Below, piece by piece: positions 7,667-17,040 of a stretch of 64,000 nt of DNA. The notes beneath the pieces were generated by a model, which had not been told where the DNA came from, did no database searches, and saw only the letters and a list, made by a program, of their open reading frames with translations. Made by a program: the position numbers and the translations under genes. Every line of letters begins with the position of its first letter. Position 1 is the first letter of the stretch. Location: IMG/VR virus record IMGVR_UViG_3300050821_009094, positions 1,544 to 65,543 of that record, one strand, 5' to 3'. This stretch comes from a virus. Taxonomy: Duplodnaviria; Caudoviricetes.

Positions 7667-10600
7667 GGGATAACCTCGACGATTTGAGCATCGGCTGCAA
7701 GCGATACCGAAACCGATGACGTTGAGTGAGTTGTAGTTGGGGTGGTGCTGACTATGGGATCGTAGACGTTGACGGTCGTCGCCGTGATCGGCAGCGTTAC
7801 CGTAAGCGACGATGTGGAAGGTGTTACTTGGCTATGGGTTGTATCGTTCCATATCGTCGGTTCCTTCCAGATCACGATTTCCCATGTGCCATTTGATTTC
7901 TCCAGCAGCAAGGAATTGCCGCCGCCTGCCCCTGCCGCAGGCAACCCGGAAATCGAATAATTGAACTGGCCAGGCGTAAACGTTAGAGCCGTACCGCCGG
8001 TGTCATTGAGTATCGTGTAGGTGTTTTTTACCGCGGTGCCATTCACCTTAATGGTCGCCTGATCGCTCTGATAAAAACCGTAGTTATCGATGCAAGCACC
8101 ATCGCCGGTGTTGAAGTCAAAAAGTGTATAAAGCGTCGTGTAGGGAACGCCTGCGGTAAACATATCGAAATAGATATTCATCTCCAATCGCGCCTGCGTG
8201 GTCTGATCGACCGCGCCAGTCTGCGCCGAAGGCGTGCAATAGCCGCCCTCGGTTATGACAGTAGGCGCGCCAACAATCGGCTGGTTGGCCGGATTGAGCG
8301 CCGCCACCATCGTTGAGCCGACATAGGTCGTCGGCTGCGTGCCGCTGAATGGATAAAAATGGATGTTGTTGTAATTTGCCGTGCCGGCAATGCTCGGCGG
8401 CTGCGGCACCGTGTTGCCGAAGTAGCTGGTGTAATTTGCTACCTGGACGCCGGCCCCGGTCAGGGTCGCATCGGCTTGCGTGACGTTATAAATCAACGCC
8501 TGCCATAACAGACTGGAGGCCACCGATGCTTCGAGTTGCGCCAGCGGCGCGGCAGATGGGCCTGTGACGCCCTGTGCCGAGAACTGGATAAGATCGCCAC
8601 TTTTTACACCACCATTGATGGCGTTGGCGCTCATCGTCAGCGTGGTGCTGGTGGCTGATACGACCGTGGTGCCCGGCGCTATCGCCGGCAAAACGGCGGC
8701 AGCATTGAGCACAACGGCATCCGCTATGGCGCCGTTAGCATTGCCGGCGCCGGTCCCGATCGTGACCGACAATCCCGACTGGGTGGATGTGAATGTCTGG
8801 TATTCGTTAAGCGTGTAAAAGCCGTTGCCGAGCTGTGTATAACCCGAGCCGGCTGTTGGTGCCGCGGTCGAGGCCATGCGGAAACCGCCGAGAACAACCG
8901 TGTTGTTATGCGAAGTCGAGATGGTAAGAGGATCGGTTGTCCCCGTAATGGGGGAGCCATCGAAAGGCGACGACGTATTGCAATTGACAATTCCAACGAC
9001 ACCAGCCGCGACAAAACCGGGAGGATTGCTAAACGTAATGGTGTCGGTCTGAGGAAATCCACCGCTTGACGGTCCTATGGCATAGAATTCCTGCTCTGGC
9101 TGTCCTGTGCCGGCAGTTGCTCGCAACGCCCAGCTCAAACTCAAAGAATCGTTTACCGCAGAGATAGCGCCGGTATTTGTCGCCGTGAACGCCACCAGAC
9201 ACTCGTTCGGCGAGTTTATTGTAATGGGAACCTGAAAACCCGTACTGCAACTGGCACAAGAAAGATAGTTGCTCCCTGGATCAACGGTTTGAGAAACATC
9301 TGTTACCGTTATGCCGGTGCCGGCATTGACCGTTCCGGTCCCGCTGAGTGTAAAGCTGTAGTTGCCGACCGACTCGACTTCGGCAGGCGTTGCGGCGAAG
9401 TGCAGTACGGCGCTGCTGGTGGACGTGGTGTTGTTGGTGGTGCCAGTGTTGACATAGCAAATCGGGAAATTGTTGGTCTCGTTCGGTCCCTCGTTCGCCA
9501 GCATCTTGCCGGGGTAAGTGGTAACAAACGTATTCATCAAGGCAATGGATGCAGCCGCACCGGTTGACGCATTATCACAGTCAATGGTCGGAAAACTGAC
9601 CGGGCCGTTGATCCAAAGGAAATTAAACCTGACGTTATCGTTTGCTGCGAGATAATTATAATTGCCACCGCCGTCGCCTGGCGTCGGCATGACGGCGCGC
9701 GCTACCGTCATCCCCATATTCGACATCGCGGTTCCGGCTGCGGCGGCAGGTGTGCCAAGAGGATCAACAACGCCGACCGAATTGGTGAAGTTCTTGGCGC
9801 GTTGCGCCTGCGCTCCAATGGTGCAAGGCGAACTCCCAATGCCCCCGACTGCAATCAAATAATTGGCAAAGGCACCGCAGGTGTTTGAAACATCTTGGGC
9901 AGTCATTTGACTGCCCCAGAATGCCATGGCTACTATTGACGTGGAATCCGAGAATGCGCCGCCGGCGCCATAATAATTAAGCAGGTTTGCAGTACCAGTT
10001 CCAACGCTGTTCGAAGTAGAATTCGGCGAACCTATTGCAGTGTTGTTAAAATACAGCGTAGTTGCCGATACTCCGGTACGTACCGCAACGGCATAACCTG
10101 ACTGAGATGCTTCGGTTTCTTGATCGAATCCTAAACTATTGGAAAGTTGAGCAAGCAAAGTACCAGCGCCGGCATTGTTTTCCACCAATGCGTAGACAGC
10201 GGTATTAGCCGAGCCGCCTAGCATTATACCGCCGTTTGTTGGAGCAGTCCCCAACAACCAACCGCCGAGGCTGACACTGTTCTGCGTCAACTGAGTGCCG
10301 GAAGTAAATGAAACTCCGCTGGCTAAATAGCTGGTTGAACCATCCGAATTATAGCCTTCATTGGCTGTGAAAGTCGGCGAGTTGACCGCAGTCAAAGTTG
10401 CCGTGCCGGGATTTTTCCAATTGATCAGGGCCGACTGACTATCGGCTGCCGCCGGAACATAGAGGTAATCCATCTTCCCCCAAACATTCGATGGATTCGC
10501 CAAAAGTGCCGCAACCAGATTGTTGATCGCGGTTTTGTATGCTGTCGTTGGCGGGGTATTAAACGCTGCAAAAATTGCACACGATTGTGCGAGGTACGGA

Positions 10601-10704
10601 CAAACTGTGCCGGGCACAGTATGATTATAACTAGAATCACGACCAGGCGGCAGGCCGGTCCCACAAAGAAGAACAACAAGCAGTACCAGAAACGCGCGCT
10701 TCAT
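7663..10704 (-). CDS. large exported multidomain protein: LamG-like N-terminal domain plus clan GH-A-like glycoside hydrolase with inserted beta domains
   Basis: start MKRAFLVLLVVLLC at 10704 (TGATG overlap); EGPNE, HFYP and ITEGGY motifs fit GH-A acid/base and nucleophile positions. Confidence 0.7.
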   Translation of the reverse strand: MKRAFLVLLVVLLCGTGLPPGRDSSYNHTVPGTVCPYLAQSCAIFAAFNTPPTTAYKTAINNLVAALLANPSNVWGKMDYLYVPAAADSQSALINWKNPGTATLTAVNSPTFTANEGYNSDGSTSYLASGVSFTSGTQLTQNSVSLGGWLLGTAPTNGGIMLGGSANTAVYALVENNAGAGTLLAQLSNSLGFDQETEASQSGYAVAVRTGVSATTLYFNNTAIGSPNSTSNSVGTGTANLLNYYGAGGAFSDSTSIVAMAFWGSQMTAQDVSNTCGAFANYLIAVGGIGSSPCTIGAQAQRAKNFTNSVGVVDPLGTPAAAAGTAMSNMGMTVARAVMPTPGDGGGNYNYLAANDNVRFNFLWINGPVSFPTIDCDNASTGAAASIALMNTFVTTYPGKMLANEGPNETNNFPICYVNTGTTNNTTSTSSAVLHFAATPAEVESVGNYSFTLSGTGTVNAGTGITVTDVSQTVDPGSNYLSCASCSTGFQVPITINSPNECLVAFTATNTGAISAVNDSLSLSWALRATAGTGQPEQEFYAIGPSSGGFPQTDTITFSNPPGFVAAGVVGIVNCNTSSPFDGSPITGTTDPLTISTSHNNTVVLGGFRMASTAAPTAGSGYTQLGNGFYTLNEYQTFTSTQSGLSVTIGTGAGNANGAIADAVVLNAAAVLPAIAPGTTVVSATSTTLTMSANAINGGVKSGDLIQFSAQGVTGPSAAPLAQLEASVASSLLWQALIYNVTQADATLTGAGVQVANYTSYFGNTVPQPPSIAGTANYNNIHFYPFSGTQPTTYVGSTMVAALNPANQPIVGAPTVITEGGYCTPSAQTGAVDQTTQARLEMNIYFDMFTAGVPYTTLYTLFDFNTGDGACIDNYGFYQSDQATIKVNGTAVKNTYTILNDTGGTALTFTPGQFNYSISGLPAAGAGGGNSLLLEKSNGTWEIVIWKEPTIWNDTTHSQVTPSTSSLTVTLPITATTVNVYDPIVSTTPTTTHSTSSVSVSLAADAQIVEVIP

Positions 10705-12197
10705 CAGATCGAGTATCCCCACGCCGTTACTGAAACTACGCCGCCGGTGCTTGCAGCCGACGAAATGACGGCAATCGAGGTTGATACGGCACTCGCCGGA
10801 ATGCAGGGGCTAAATACTTCCTCGGTAACACCTAACCCGGAAGCATTCGGCGCGGTCCACTGCGTGAAATTAAGTGTTCCTGTCACAGTGCCCGTCACCG
10901 TCGCATTGCCGGTCACAGCCGCGGTTGCGTTGGCGCGGATAGAGAAGCCACAAATATACGTCAAATGCCCGGATACGTTGGTCAGCGTCGCCGTCGTCGC
11001 CGCAGTCGTGCCGGTAGTAGAGGCCGTGATGGGCACGGCAGTTGCCGGATATGGGCTGATCGAGTCGACCGCACCGATGTTTACCGTATGCGATACTTGT
11101 GCCGGGATCGGTTGCCCGGTATTGGTCGCAATCGCCGCAAGTGAAGAATTGCCGGTCGTCTGCAGCGCTGCAGTCGCCGCCGATCCAAGCGTGGTGTTGA
11201 TCGTGCCGAGCGAGGTGTTGATAGTGGTCAGCGTCGAGTTGCCGGTGGTCTGCAGCGATGAAGTTGAGGCACCGGTTGGCAACGGAAATGCCGACGCGAT
11301 ACTGACCGGTTGCGTGGTGGCAGAGGCATCGACCAGCAGCGCATTTCCGACCGTGACATTGGCCGAATTGCTGCCCTGATGGATCGTCATCAACCAGGGC
11401 GACGTGTTTGGGGTATTGCCCGGCTGTACCGTCCAGGTGCCCGACTCAGTCGCCGGGAAGGTACCGCCCGTGCCGGTCGTTAAGATCGCCGTGCCATTGG
11501 CCCCGGTGTTGGCCAGACTGACCTGCGCAGGAGAAGCCGCAGTACCGATCTCAGCACCAGCCGCGGTGCGCAAATTGACCATGCCAGCGCGATAGGCTGT
11601 CATCTGCCATGCACCGGTCTGGCCCGTCGTCAAGGGATTGGAGGTCGCCGTGGTCTGGAACACGCCGCCGGCAGGGGTCAGCGCCGTGGTGCCGAACGTG
11701 AACGCGGACTCGTCCACAACCGCCGTACCGCCCGAGCCGGCGCAGCCGGTCACGCAGTTGACGATCAGGCGCCCCGAGGCGTCGAGCTGCAACCCCTCGA
11801 ACTGACCAGTCGAAGGACTGGGCAGTGACGAGTTGTACACGCCGCCAATGAACAGTCCCTTGGCCGGGGCGGTAGCACCTGGCGCGACTTGTACGGCAAT
11901 CTGATTAGCTGCTGTTCCCGCTCCAGTCGGTAACGGCCACGACACAGCACTGACAGGCTGGGTCGTGGTGCCTGTCGGGTCAGTACGCAGGGGGGCGCCA
12001 GCAGTGGCGACTTCGGTGCCGGACGAGTTTTCCAGCACCATGGCGGTGTAATATGGCCCGGAGCCGAAGATCTGGATCAAGAAGGTATTGAGGGCCGCGT
12101 CCTTGTAGGTGTAGGTCGTGGATGCCGCTAGCGCCACCTCCACCGTTACGGCCAGAAACAGAGCGGCGCCGGCCGCGATCTTCTGCAAGCGGGTCAT
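10704..12197 (-). CDS. signal-peptide Thr/Ala-rich fibre-like protein
   Basis: likely start MTRLQKIAAGAALFLAVTVEVALA-A overlaps the upstream stop; repeats TQPVS..PLPTGA and ALQTTGNSSL. Confidence 0.75.
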   Translation of the reverse strand: MTRLQKIAAGAALFLAVTVEVALAASTTYTYKDAALNTFLIQIFGSGPYYTAMVLENSSGTEVATAGAPLRTDPTGTTTQPVSAVSWPLPTGAGTAANQIAVQVAPGATAPAKGLFIGGVYNSSLPSPSTGQFEGLQLDASGRLIVNCVTGCAGSGGTAVVDESAFTFGTTALTPAGGVFQTTATSNPLTTGQTGAWQMTAYRAGMVNLRTAAGAEIGTAASPAQVSLANTGANGTAILTTGTGGTFPATESGTWTVQPGNTPNTSPWLMTIHQGSNSANVTVGNALLVDASATTQPVSIASAFPLPTGASTSSLQTTGNSTLTTINTSLGTINTTLGSAATAALQTTGNSSLAAIATNTGQPIPAQVSHTVNIGAVDSISPYPATAVPITASTTGTTAATTATLTNVSGHLTYICGFSIRANATAAVTGNATVTGTVTGTLNFTQWTAPNASGLGVTEEVFSPCIPASAVSTSIAVISSAASTGGVVSVTAWGYSI

Positions 12198-12745
12198 GGC
12201 ATACCTAGTGGTTGTGAGTCGGGAGTGCCTGTGGGTGGCGGGGGTACGATGGTGGCGGACAAGGGTAGTGGCTCGTAGAACACGTTGACGTCGGCATAGG
12301 CCGCGTTGCCTTGCGGGGTTTGCAGACGGAAGTAGATGGCCGTATCCGACAATGCTTCGGTATTCTGGTTGTTGATCGTGAGCGACTGGGCGTTGTCGTC
12401 GGTATCGATCATGTTCGTCGTGATGGTAATCGCCGTGCTGCCGGACACGATCGCGGTGCCGGTCCCGCCGACACCTGTGAACACACCGCACGTTGCCGTG
12501 CTGAGATTGCCGGATGGGTTGGAAAGCACGATGCGGGAGCAACGCCAACGGCCATAGGTTGCCGGCAGCTTGATGAGAATGAGGTTATCGACGTTGGCCT
12601 GGTTGAAGTTGACTGCCTTGATGGTGGACAGAAATTTGGCGTAGGTGTTAACAATTGTAACCCCGGCATCATCAATCACGCCATCGGTCAACCAGGCCGC
12701 CAAATGACCTGGCACGACGCTGCCACTTTGCAGAATTTGGTTCAT
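12194..12745 (-). CDS. fibre-block protein without signal peptide, paralog of 5797..6288
   Basis: MNQILQSGSVVPGHLAAWLTDG...VFYEPLP. Confidence 0.8.
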   Translation of the reverse strand: MNQILQSGSVVPGHLAAWLTDGVIDDAGVTIVNTYAKFLSTIKAVNFNQANVDNLILIKLPATYGRWRCSRIVLSNPSGNLSTATCGVFTGVGGTGTAIVSGSTAITITTNMIDTDDNAQSLTINNQNTEALSDTAIYFRLQTPQGNAAYADVNVFYEPLPLSATIVPPPPTGTPDSQPLGMP

Positions 12746-12978
12746 TTATCAGCCGGTTTAGGCGCTTCTTCAGATTTTACCTGCGCCGCTGCCTTCACGC
12801 GCGTCTGCCAGTTGACGCACCACGTCGCGATATAGGCGGTTACCGCAATATCGACGGTCGGCGATTTGGCCGCCAGCGCACACATCGAGGCAATATTGTT
12901 CTGATCCTCGTCGGTGACGGGAAAAGGAGCGGCGAAGGCCGTTGATGTTAGAACTAAAAGCGCGACGATTGTTTTCAT
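12742..12978 (-). CDS. small secreted protein with two Cys
   Basis: MKTIVALLVLTSTAFA-APF. Confidence 0.7.
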   Translation of the reverse strand: MKTIVALLVLTSTAFAAPFPVTDEDQNNIASMCALAAKSPTVDIAVTAYIATWCVNWQTRVKAAAQVKSEEAPKPADK

Positions 12979-14543
12979 AATGCTGAAAATCCCGATGGTG
13001 GGCTATAGAACGGCGAGGCACCCGAATAAGTGAAAGAACCTCCAGCGTAATTTAGCCCCAAAGCCGCATAGATTGTGTAACTGCCGCTCCATGTCAGCCA
13101 CGGGTTGGCACCAGTCGCTGGATTGCCGCTCGCGCCCCACACATTGTTGATGCCGAGCCACGCTTTTTTCGCGTCCGCATCAAACGCAATCATGATCCGG
13201 TCGCCGAGTCCCGGCGTTATCGTCACCGCATTTGCAATGGTGAAGCCCGTAATATTCGGTGTGCCGCCTGATGCTACGCTGTTGGCATAGGTGCCAAGAT
13301 CGAAACTGAGTGGCATGTATTGCAACTGCGTATCATCACAAATGCCATAGCTGTATGCCGCCCCCGTTCCAGCAACCAAAAATTCGAAATACCATTTGCC
13401 GGTTGACTTGCCGATCAGGGAACGAGCCACGTTCTCTATTGCGCCGGTCGGATTCGATGTAGCCGTAAGGTTGCTGTTCGACAGCGTAAATATGGGCGTA
13501 GCAGTGAGATTATCGAGCGTGTCCGGCAACGTGGTGAGCGTTGCCGTCATCGCCTTGAATATGTAAGGCCCTTGTCCTAGCGTGCCTGTTGGGGCAATGC
13601 GGACATCGTAGGCAGTGGCCGCCGAAAGTCCCGTCAGCAGAACAGAGGGATTGCGCGACGCGGTATGAGAGAACGATGTCCAGCTTCCAGAGCCGTGAAC
13701 GGCGTATTGAATTGAATAATCCGAATAATATCCGCCGGAACTGGGAAACGACCACGACAACGCAATCGAAATGTTTTTGGTTGCTCCTTGCTGGATATTG
13801 AAAACAGAACCGGGGGTTACCGCACCAGCAATCAGGCTGTTAATGGTCGCCGCGTACATGCACTCCATGTATGTCTGACCAAGATTGGTCGGGTGAGTGC
13901 CGTCGCTGAATAGGTTTGTGAACAGCGATATTCCGGGGATGCCTACCGACGCGCTGCTGCCGTAGTCAATCAAGGCATCGCAGTGCGTCGGGACCAATGC
14001 AGAAATGGCGGCATTGAGCGTTGCCCGCCATGTCTCATGGGCTTGATCGCTATCGAAATCGGTTAAAGTCGAAACTACAGCATAGGTAAAACCCCCAGAT
14101 TTAACGCTGTCACACACCCCACCGATGGCTGTGGCAAGACCTGCAGCATTGTTTGGATAGTAGGTTGCGTTGCTTGAGTCATTGACCCCAATCAGAATCG
14201 TATAGATGTATTTGCTAAAACCTGGGTTTGAACTGATAAGAGCAATGTCGGATGACTCGCGCGAGACAGGTCCAGCAACCCCATCGCCGGAGTGGCCATT
14301 ATTCTGCAAAGTAACCAGCGACGTATTCGGAGCATACAAATTAGGATAGCTGGTGACTCCCGTGGCACCGTGATTTTGAGTGATGCTGTCGCCTTCGGCT
14401 ACAATGAAGGTGCTGCTGGCGGTCGGAGCGACGTGGCACGGACATGTGCCGCAGTTGTCAATGAAGAAAACTTGCGAGGATGATTTACTATAGAATAGCG
14501 CCGCACAAGCAACAGCAAGCGCGGCTATCACAAACTTTCGCAT
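12975..14543 (-). CDS. exported SGNH/GDSL esterase plus FN3 plus SPRY-like domain protein
   Basis: signal peptide; GDSIT, GVND and DGTHP SGNH blocks; LSW..Y.IQY..LTGLSAATAYDVRI (FN3); GKWYFEF (SPRY-like). Confidence 0.85.
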   Translation of the reverse strand: MRKFVIAALAVACAALFYSKSSSQVFFIDNCGTCPCHVAPTASSTFIVAEGDSITQNHGATGVTSYPNLYAPNTSLVTLQNNGHSGDGVAGPVSRESSDIALISSNPGFSKYIYTILIGVNDSSNATYYPNNAAGLATAIGGVCDSVKSGGFTYAVVSTLTDFDSDQAHETWRATLNAAISALVPTHCDALIDYGSSASVGIPGISLFTNLFSDGTHPTNLGQTYMECMYAATINSLIAGAVTPGSVFNIQQGATKNISIALSWSFPSSGGYYSDYSIQYAVHGSGSWTSFSHTASRNPSVLLTGLSAATAYDVRIAPTGTLGQGPYIFKAMTATLTTLPDTLDNLTATPIFTLSNSNLTATSNPTGAIENVARSLIGKSTGKWYFEFLVAGTGAAYSYGICDDTQLQYMPLSFDLGTYANSVASGGTPNITGFTIANAVTITPGLGDRIMIAFDADAKKAWLGINNVWGASGNPATGANPWLTWSGSYTIYAALGLNYAGGSFTYSGASPFYSPPSGFSAL

Positions 14544-14546
14544 GGC

Positions 14547-16262
14547 CTACCGGACCTTGCGTTTGAGTTGCTCGATTTCGGCTTGTTGCTCTTGCAGCGC
14601 CTTTACTAGAACCGGCACGACGCCTAGATAGTCAAAGGTGTTGGGTTGGCCTTGGTCGTCAAGACCGGCGAGTTTCGGAAGCACCTTGATGCCCTGCTCG
14701 GCTGTGAACCCATAAAGCAATTTGTCCGGATCACCATGATCGGAATTTAGCTTGTACTTTACCGGCTCCAATTTCATGATCTCGGCCAGCCCAACGTCTA
14801 AATCACCAATATCATGCTTGTACCGCGTGCTCGACGTGCCGAGGCAAATTCCCAGAGTGCCCGATCCAGAATAGAACGCATGGCTCGTAGTATCTTCACA
14901 TACCGTCGCGTCGGTATGCGTTGCGTCGCTGCTAATCTGCGGAAGTTCAAATAAACCGGCGGAAGTAATCACAGCCAAATTGCTACCGTTGTTGACAAGA
15001 AATGTGAACCCGCCAGACGCACCTGGTGCGTTGAAGTAAACCGTGTTGTTCATCCCTGCTGTCTGTATCAAAGCGGTCGAAGTCGTGAAGGTACTTTCTC
15101 CAAGCCAGAGCGCGTAATAGCTATTCGCAATGACGTTCGGCGACGACACCGCGAAAACTGGCGTATAGCCACCACCAGCAAGTTGTGACGACATCACCAA
15201 ATTGCTGCCGACGCGCGTCACCACACCTTGAACCGGCTGATTCTCGATGATCCAATCCACTTCGTTCGTAGCCGCTGTGGCGGTCGTGTTCCAAGCCTGC
15301 CCGCTAAGACGCAACCGGGGCGACCATTGCTGCGCACCGGAAGCAGCCGCGGTTGTGTTGGTCAGCACATAACCGTCAGTCGAGGTCGCACCGATGCTTT
15401 GTGTATTGATCTCATGGCTGGCAGTATAAGTGATGCCACTTGTTGCCTGTATTACTGATCCATCCGTATAAAGCAGGTTACCCGCGCTGCCGCCGCTGAC
15501 GGTGGTTGAATTGATCGTAAGGCCGCCACCGCTCTGCGCCACGCAGGCGGGCAAACCGCCAGAAGCGCCGAGGACATTCGTTCCGGTGCAAACCGCAAGC
15601 CGCGTCAGTACGCCGGATGAATTCCGATAGTAGAGGTCGCCAGTGGCATCAGACCCCAGCGTCATGGTGACGCCGCCGATCACGTCCGAGGTATTGTTCA
15701 ACGTAACCGATGTCGGCGTTCCGAGAATGGGCGTGACCAGCGTCGGCGACGTGGCATAGACCAGATTGCCGCTGCCGGTCGTGCCGAACGTTCCTGCGCC
15801 AACGGTCTGATAATTGGTGCCGTCCGATACCACGCGGTAGCACTGGCCCTTAATGATCGGCAGCGTCGCCGCGCCATTGATGGTCGAAGTCGCGGGGGTT
15901 AGCGTCTGCGTGCCGGCGCCGATATTGCAGATGTCAGCGTACCAGTTCGCAGCGAAGTTACCGCCAGTGCCAGCTTGAGCAATCGTTGGAATTTGGGCCG
16001 ACCCATTGGATAGATCGACTAGCTTGCCGCAATCGGTATTGTTGATCGGGTAATTGGCGCCGGTCTGCAGATTCACCACTTCAGCCGTTGAAATCGTTCC
16101 GGTCGTCGTGATTGGACTCGGGCTTACTACACCAGCGCAGCCTGCGGATATGCTGGTGACGGTGCCGGAACCGCCACCAGAACTTCCTCCCGGCAACACA
16201 ATCTGGGCATTTGCAGGTGTGATAAAACAAAGCGCAAAGCAAACTGCAAGAATCTTGCGCAT
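14547..16262 (-). CDS. tail fibre with C-terminal intramolecular chaperone (peptidase S74-like) and N-terminal signal peptide
   Basis: MRKILAVCFALCFITPANA-Q; ATSPTLVTPILGTP fibre motif; SSTRYKHDI..L.PVKY..GFTAEQ..DY..VPVLVKALQEQQAEIEQLK. Confidence 0.85.
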   Translation of the reverse strand: MRKILAVCFALCFITPANAQIVLPGGSSGGGSGTVTSISAGCAGVVSPSPITTTGTISTAEVVNLQTGANYPINNTDCGKLVDLSNGSAQIPTIAQAGTGGNFAANWYADICNIGAGTQTLTPATSTINGAATLPIIKGQCYRVVSDGTNYQTVGAGTFGTTGSGNLVYATSPTLVTPILGTPTSVTLNNTSDVIGGVTMTLGSDATGDLYYRNSSGVLTRLAVCTGTNVLGASGGLPACVAQSGGGLTINSTTVSGGSAGNLLYTDGSVIQATSGITYTASHEINTQSIGATSTDGYVLTNTTAAASGAQQWSPRLRLSGQAWNTTATAATNEVDWIIENQPVQGVVTRVGSNLVMSSQLAGGGYTPVFAVSSPNVIANSYYALWLGESTFTTSTALIQTAGMNNTVYFNAPGASGGFTFLVNNGSNLAVITSAGLFELPQISSDATHTDATVCEDTTSHAFYSGSGTLGICLGTSSTRYKHDIGDLDVGLAEIMKLEPVKYKLNSDHGDPDKLLYGFTAEQGIKVLPKLAGLDDQGQPNTFDYLGVVPVLVKALQEQQAEIEQLKRKVR

Positions 16263-16768
16263 TATTCATAATCCGCTGAGATGTACCCCGTGTCAGTCCC
16301 GGTCGTATAAGTGAACGGCGTGGTTGCCGAAGTCATCAAAATGACAATTCCAGTACCATACGCGACGGTGCCATTGATGTGTGCCAACGAGCAGCCGCGC
16401 GCTGTCGTATCGAAATAGCAAACATCAAGAACTGCCGCGCCCGTCAAAGCCCCCGTGCTTGGCGCCGATGCTGCATTATAAGCAATACAGTAACCTGCAG
16501 CACCACCTGTGATCGCCGTGCAATTAAACCCTGCCAGATCACCTGCCGCAGCTTTGACGACAAGAGATGTACCTAAACTTGTCGTAACCGCATGACTTAA
16601 AACCACTGCTGAAGCAGCGGCGGAAGTCGGAAATAAGTTCGTGGTATTGCACGGGACGTAGCGATTTGCACCCGCTGTTCCAGTATCGCAGTAAACGACA
16701 ACGGGAGTTTGTGCATCGACTAAGGTTGGTGTCAGCAGGATGGCGAGAAAGACGAGGATCTTAATCAT
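16262..16768 (-). CDS. signal-peptide small beta protein with 6 Cys
   Basis: MIKILVFLAILLTPTLVDA-Q; overlaps the upstream stop. Confidence 0.75.
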   Translation of the reverse strand: MIKILVFLAILLTPTLVDAQTPVVVYCDTGTAGANRYVPCNTTNLFPTSAAASAVVLSHAVTTSLGTSLVVKAAAGDLAGFNCTAITGGAAGYCIAYNAASAPSTGALTGAAVLDVCYFDTTARGCSLAHINGTVAYGTGIVILMTSATTPFTYTTGTDTGYISADYE

Positions 16769-17040
16769 CTCATTCTCACCAGCCAGCACGCGGTCAGAAC
16801 GAACAGCGCGTAGATCGTCAGCGAGACGATCTGGAACACGTCGGGTTTTGGCGTGAGGTACCAGAGCCAGAACGCGGAGCCTACGGCGGGCACCGCGAAC
16901 AGCGCCGGCATGGCCGCAAGCGCACGCTTCGACAGGGCGCCAAGCCCCATCATTAGCATGGTCATGCCGGCGTCAGTGCCGGACTTGGTTTCGGATTCTT
17001 CAGTTTCGGGAACGACTTCGAGTTTGAACGGCTCTGCCAT
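16765..17040 (-). CDS. 2-TM membrane protein
   Basis: two hydrophobic helices in the C-terminal half. Confidence 0.7.
   Translation of the reverse strand: MAEPFKLEVVPETEESETKSGTDAGMTMLMMGLGALSKRALAAMPALFAVPAVGSAFWLWYLTPKPDVFQIVSLTIYALFVLTACWLVRMR

Noticed and set aside
10660-10704. Lipoprotein signal in MKRAFLVLLVVLLC
   Set aside because: VLLC does not fit the [LVI][ASTVI][GAS]C lipobox. The cleavage type is left unresolved.
10585-11379. 264-aa Val/Ala-rich plus-strand ORF
   Set aside because: Mirror of Thr/Ala codons on the coding strand.
12198-12548. N-terminal extension of ORF 10704..12548 in the track
   Set aside because: It overlaps the real gene 12194..12745 in another frame and reads as Arg/His-rich shadow sequence. 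The ATG at 12197 gives a clean signal peptide.
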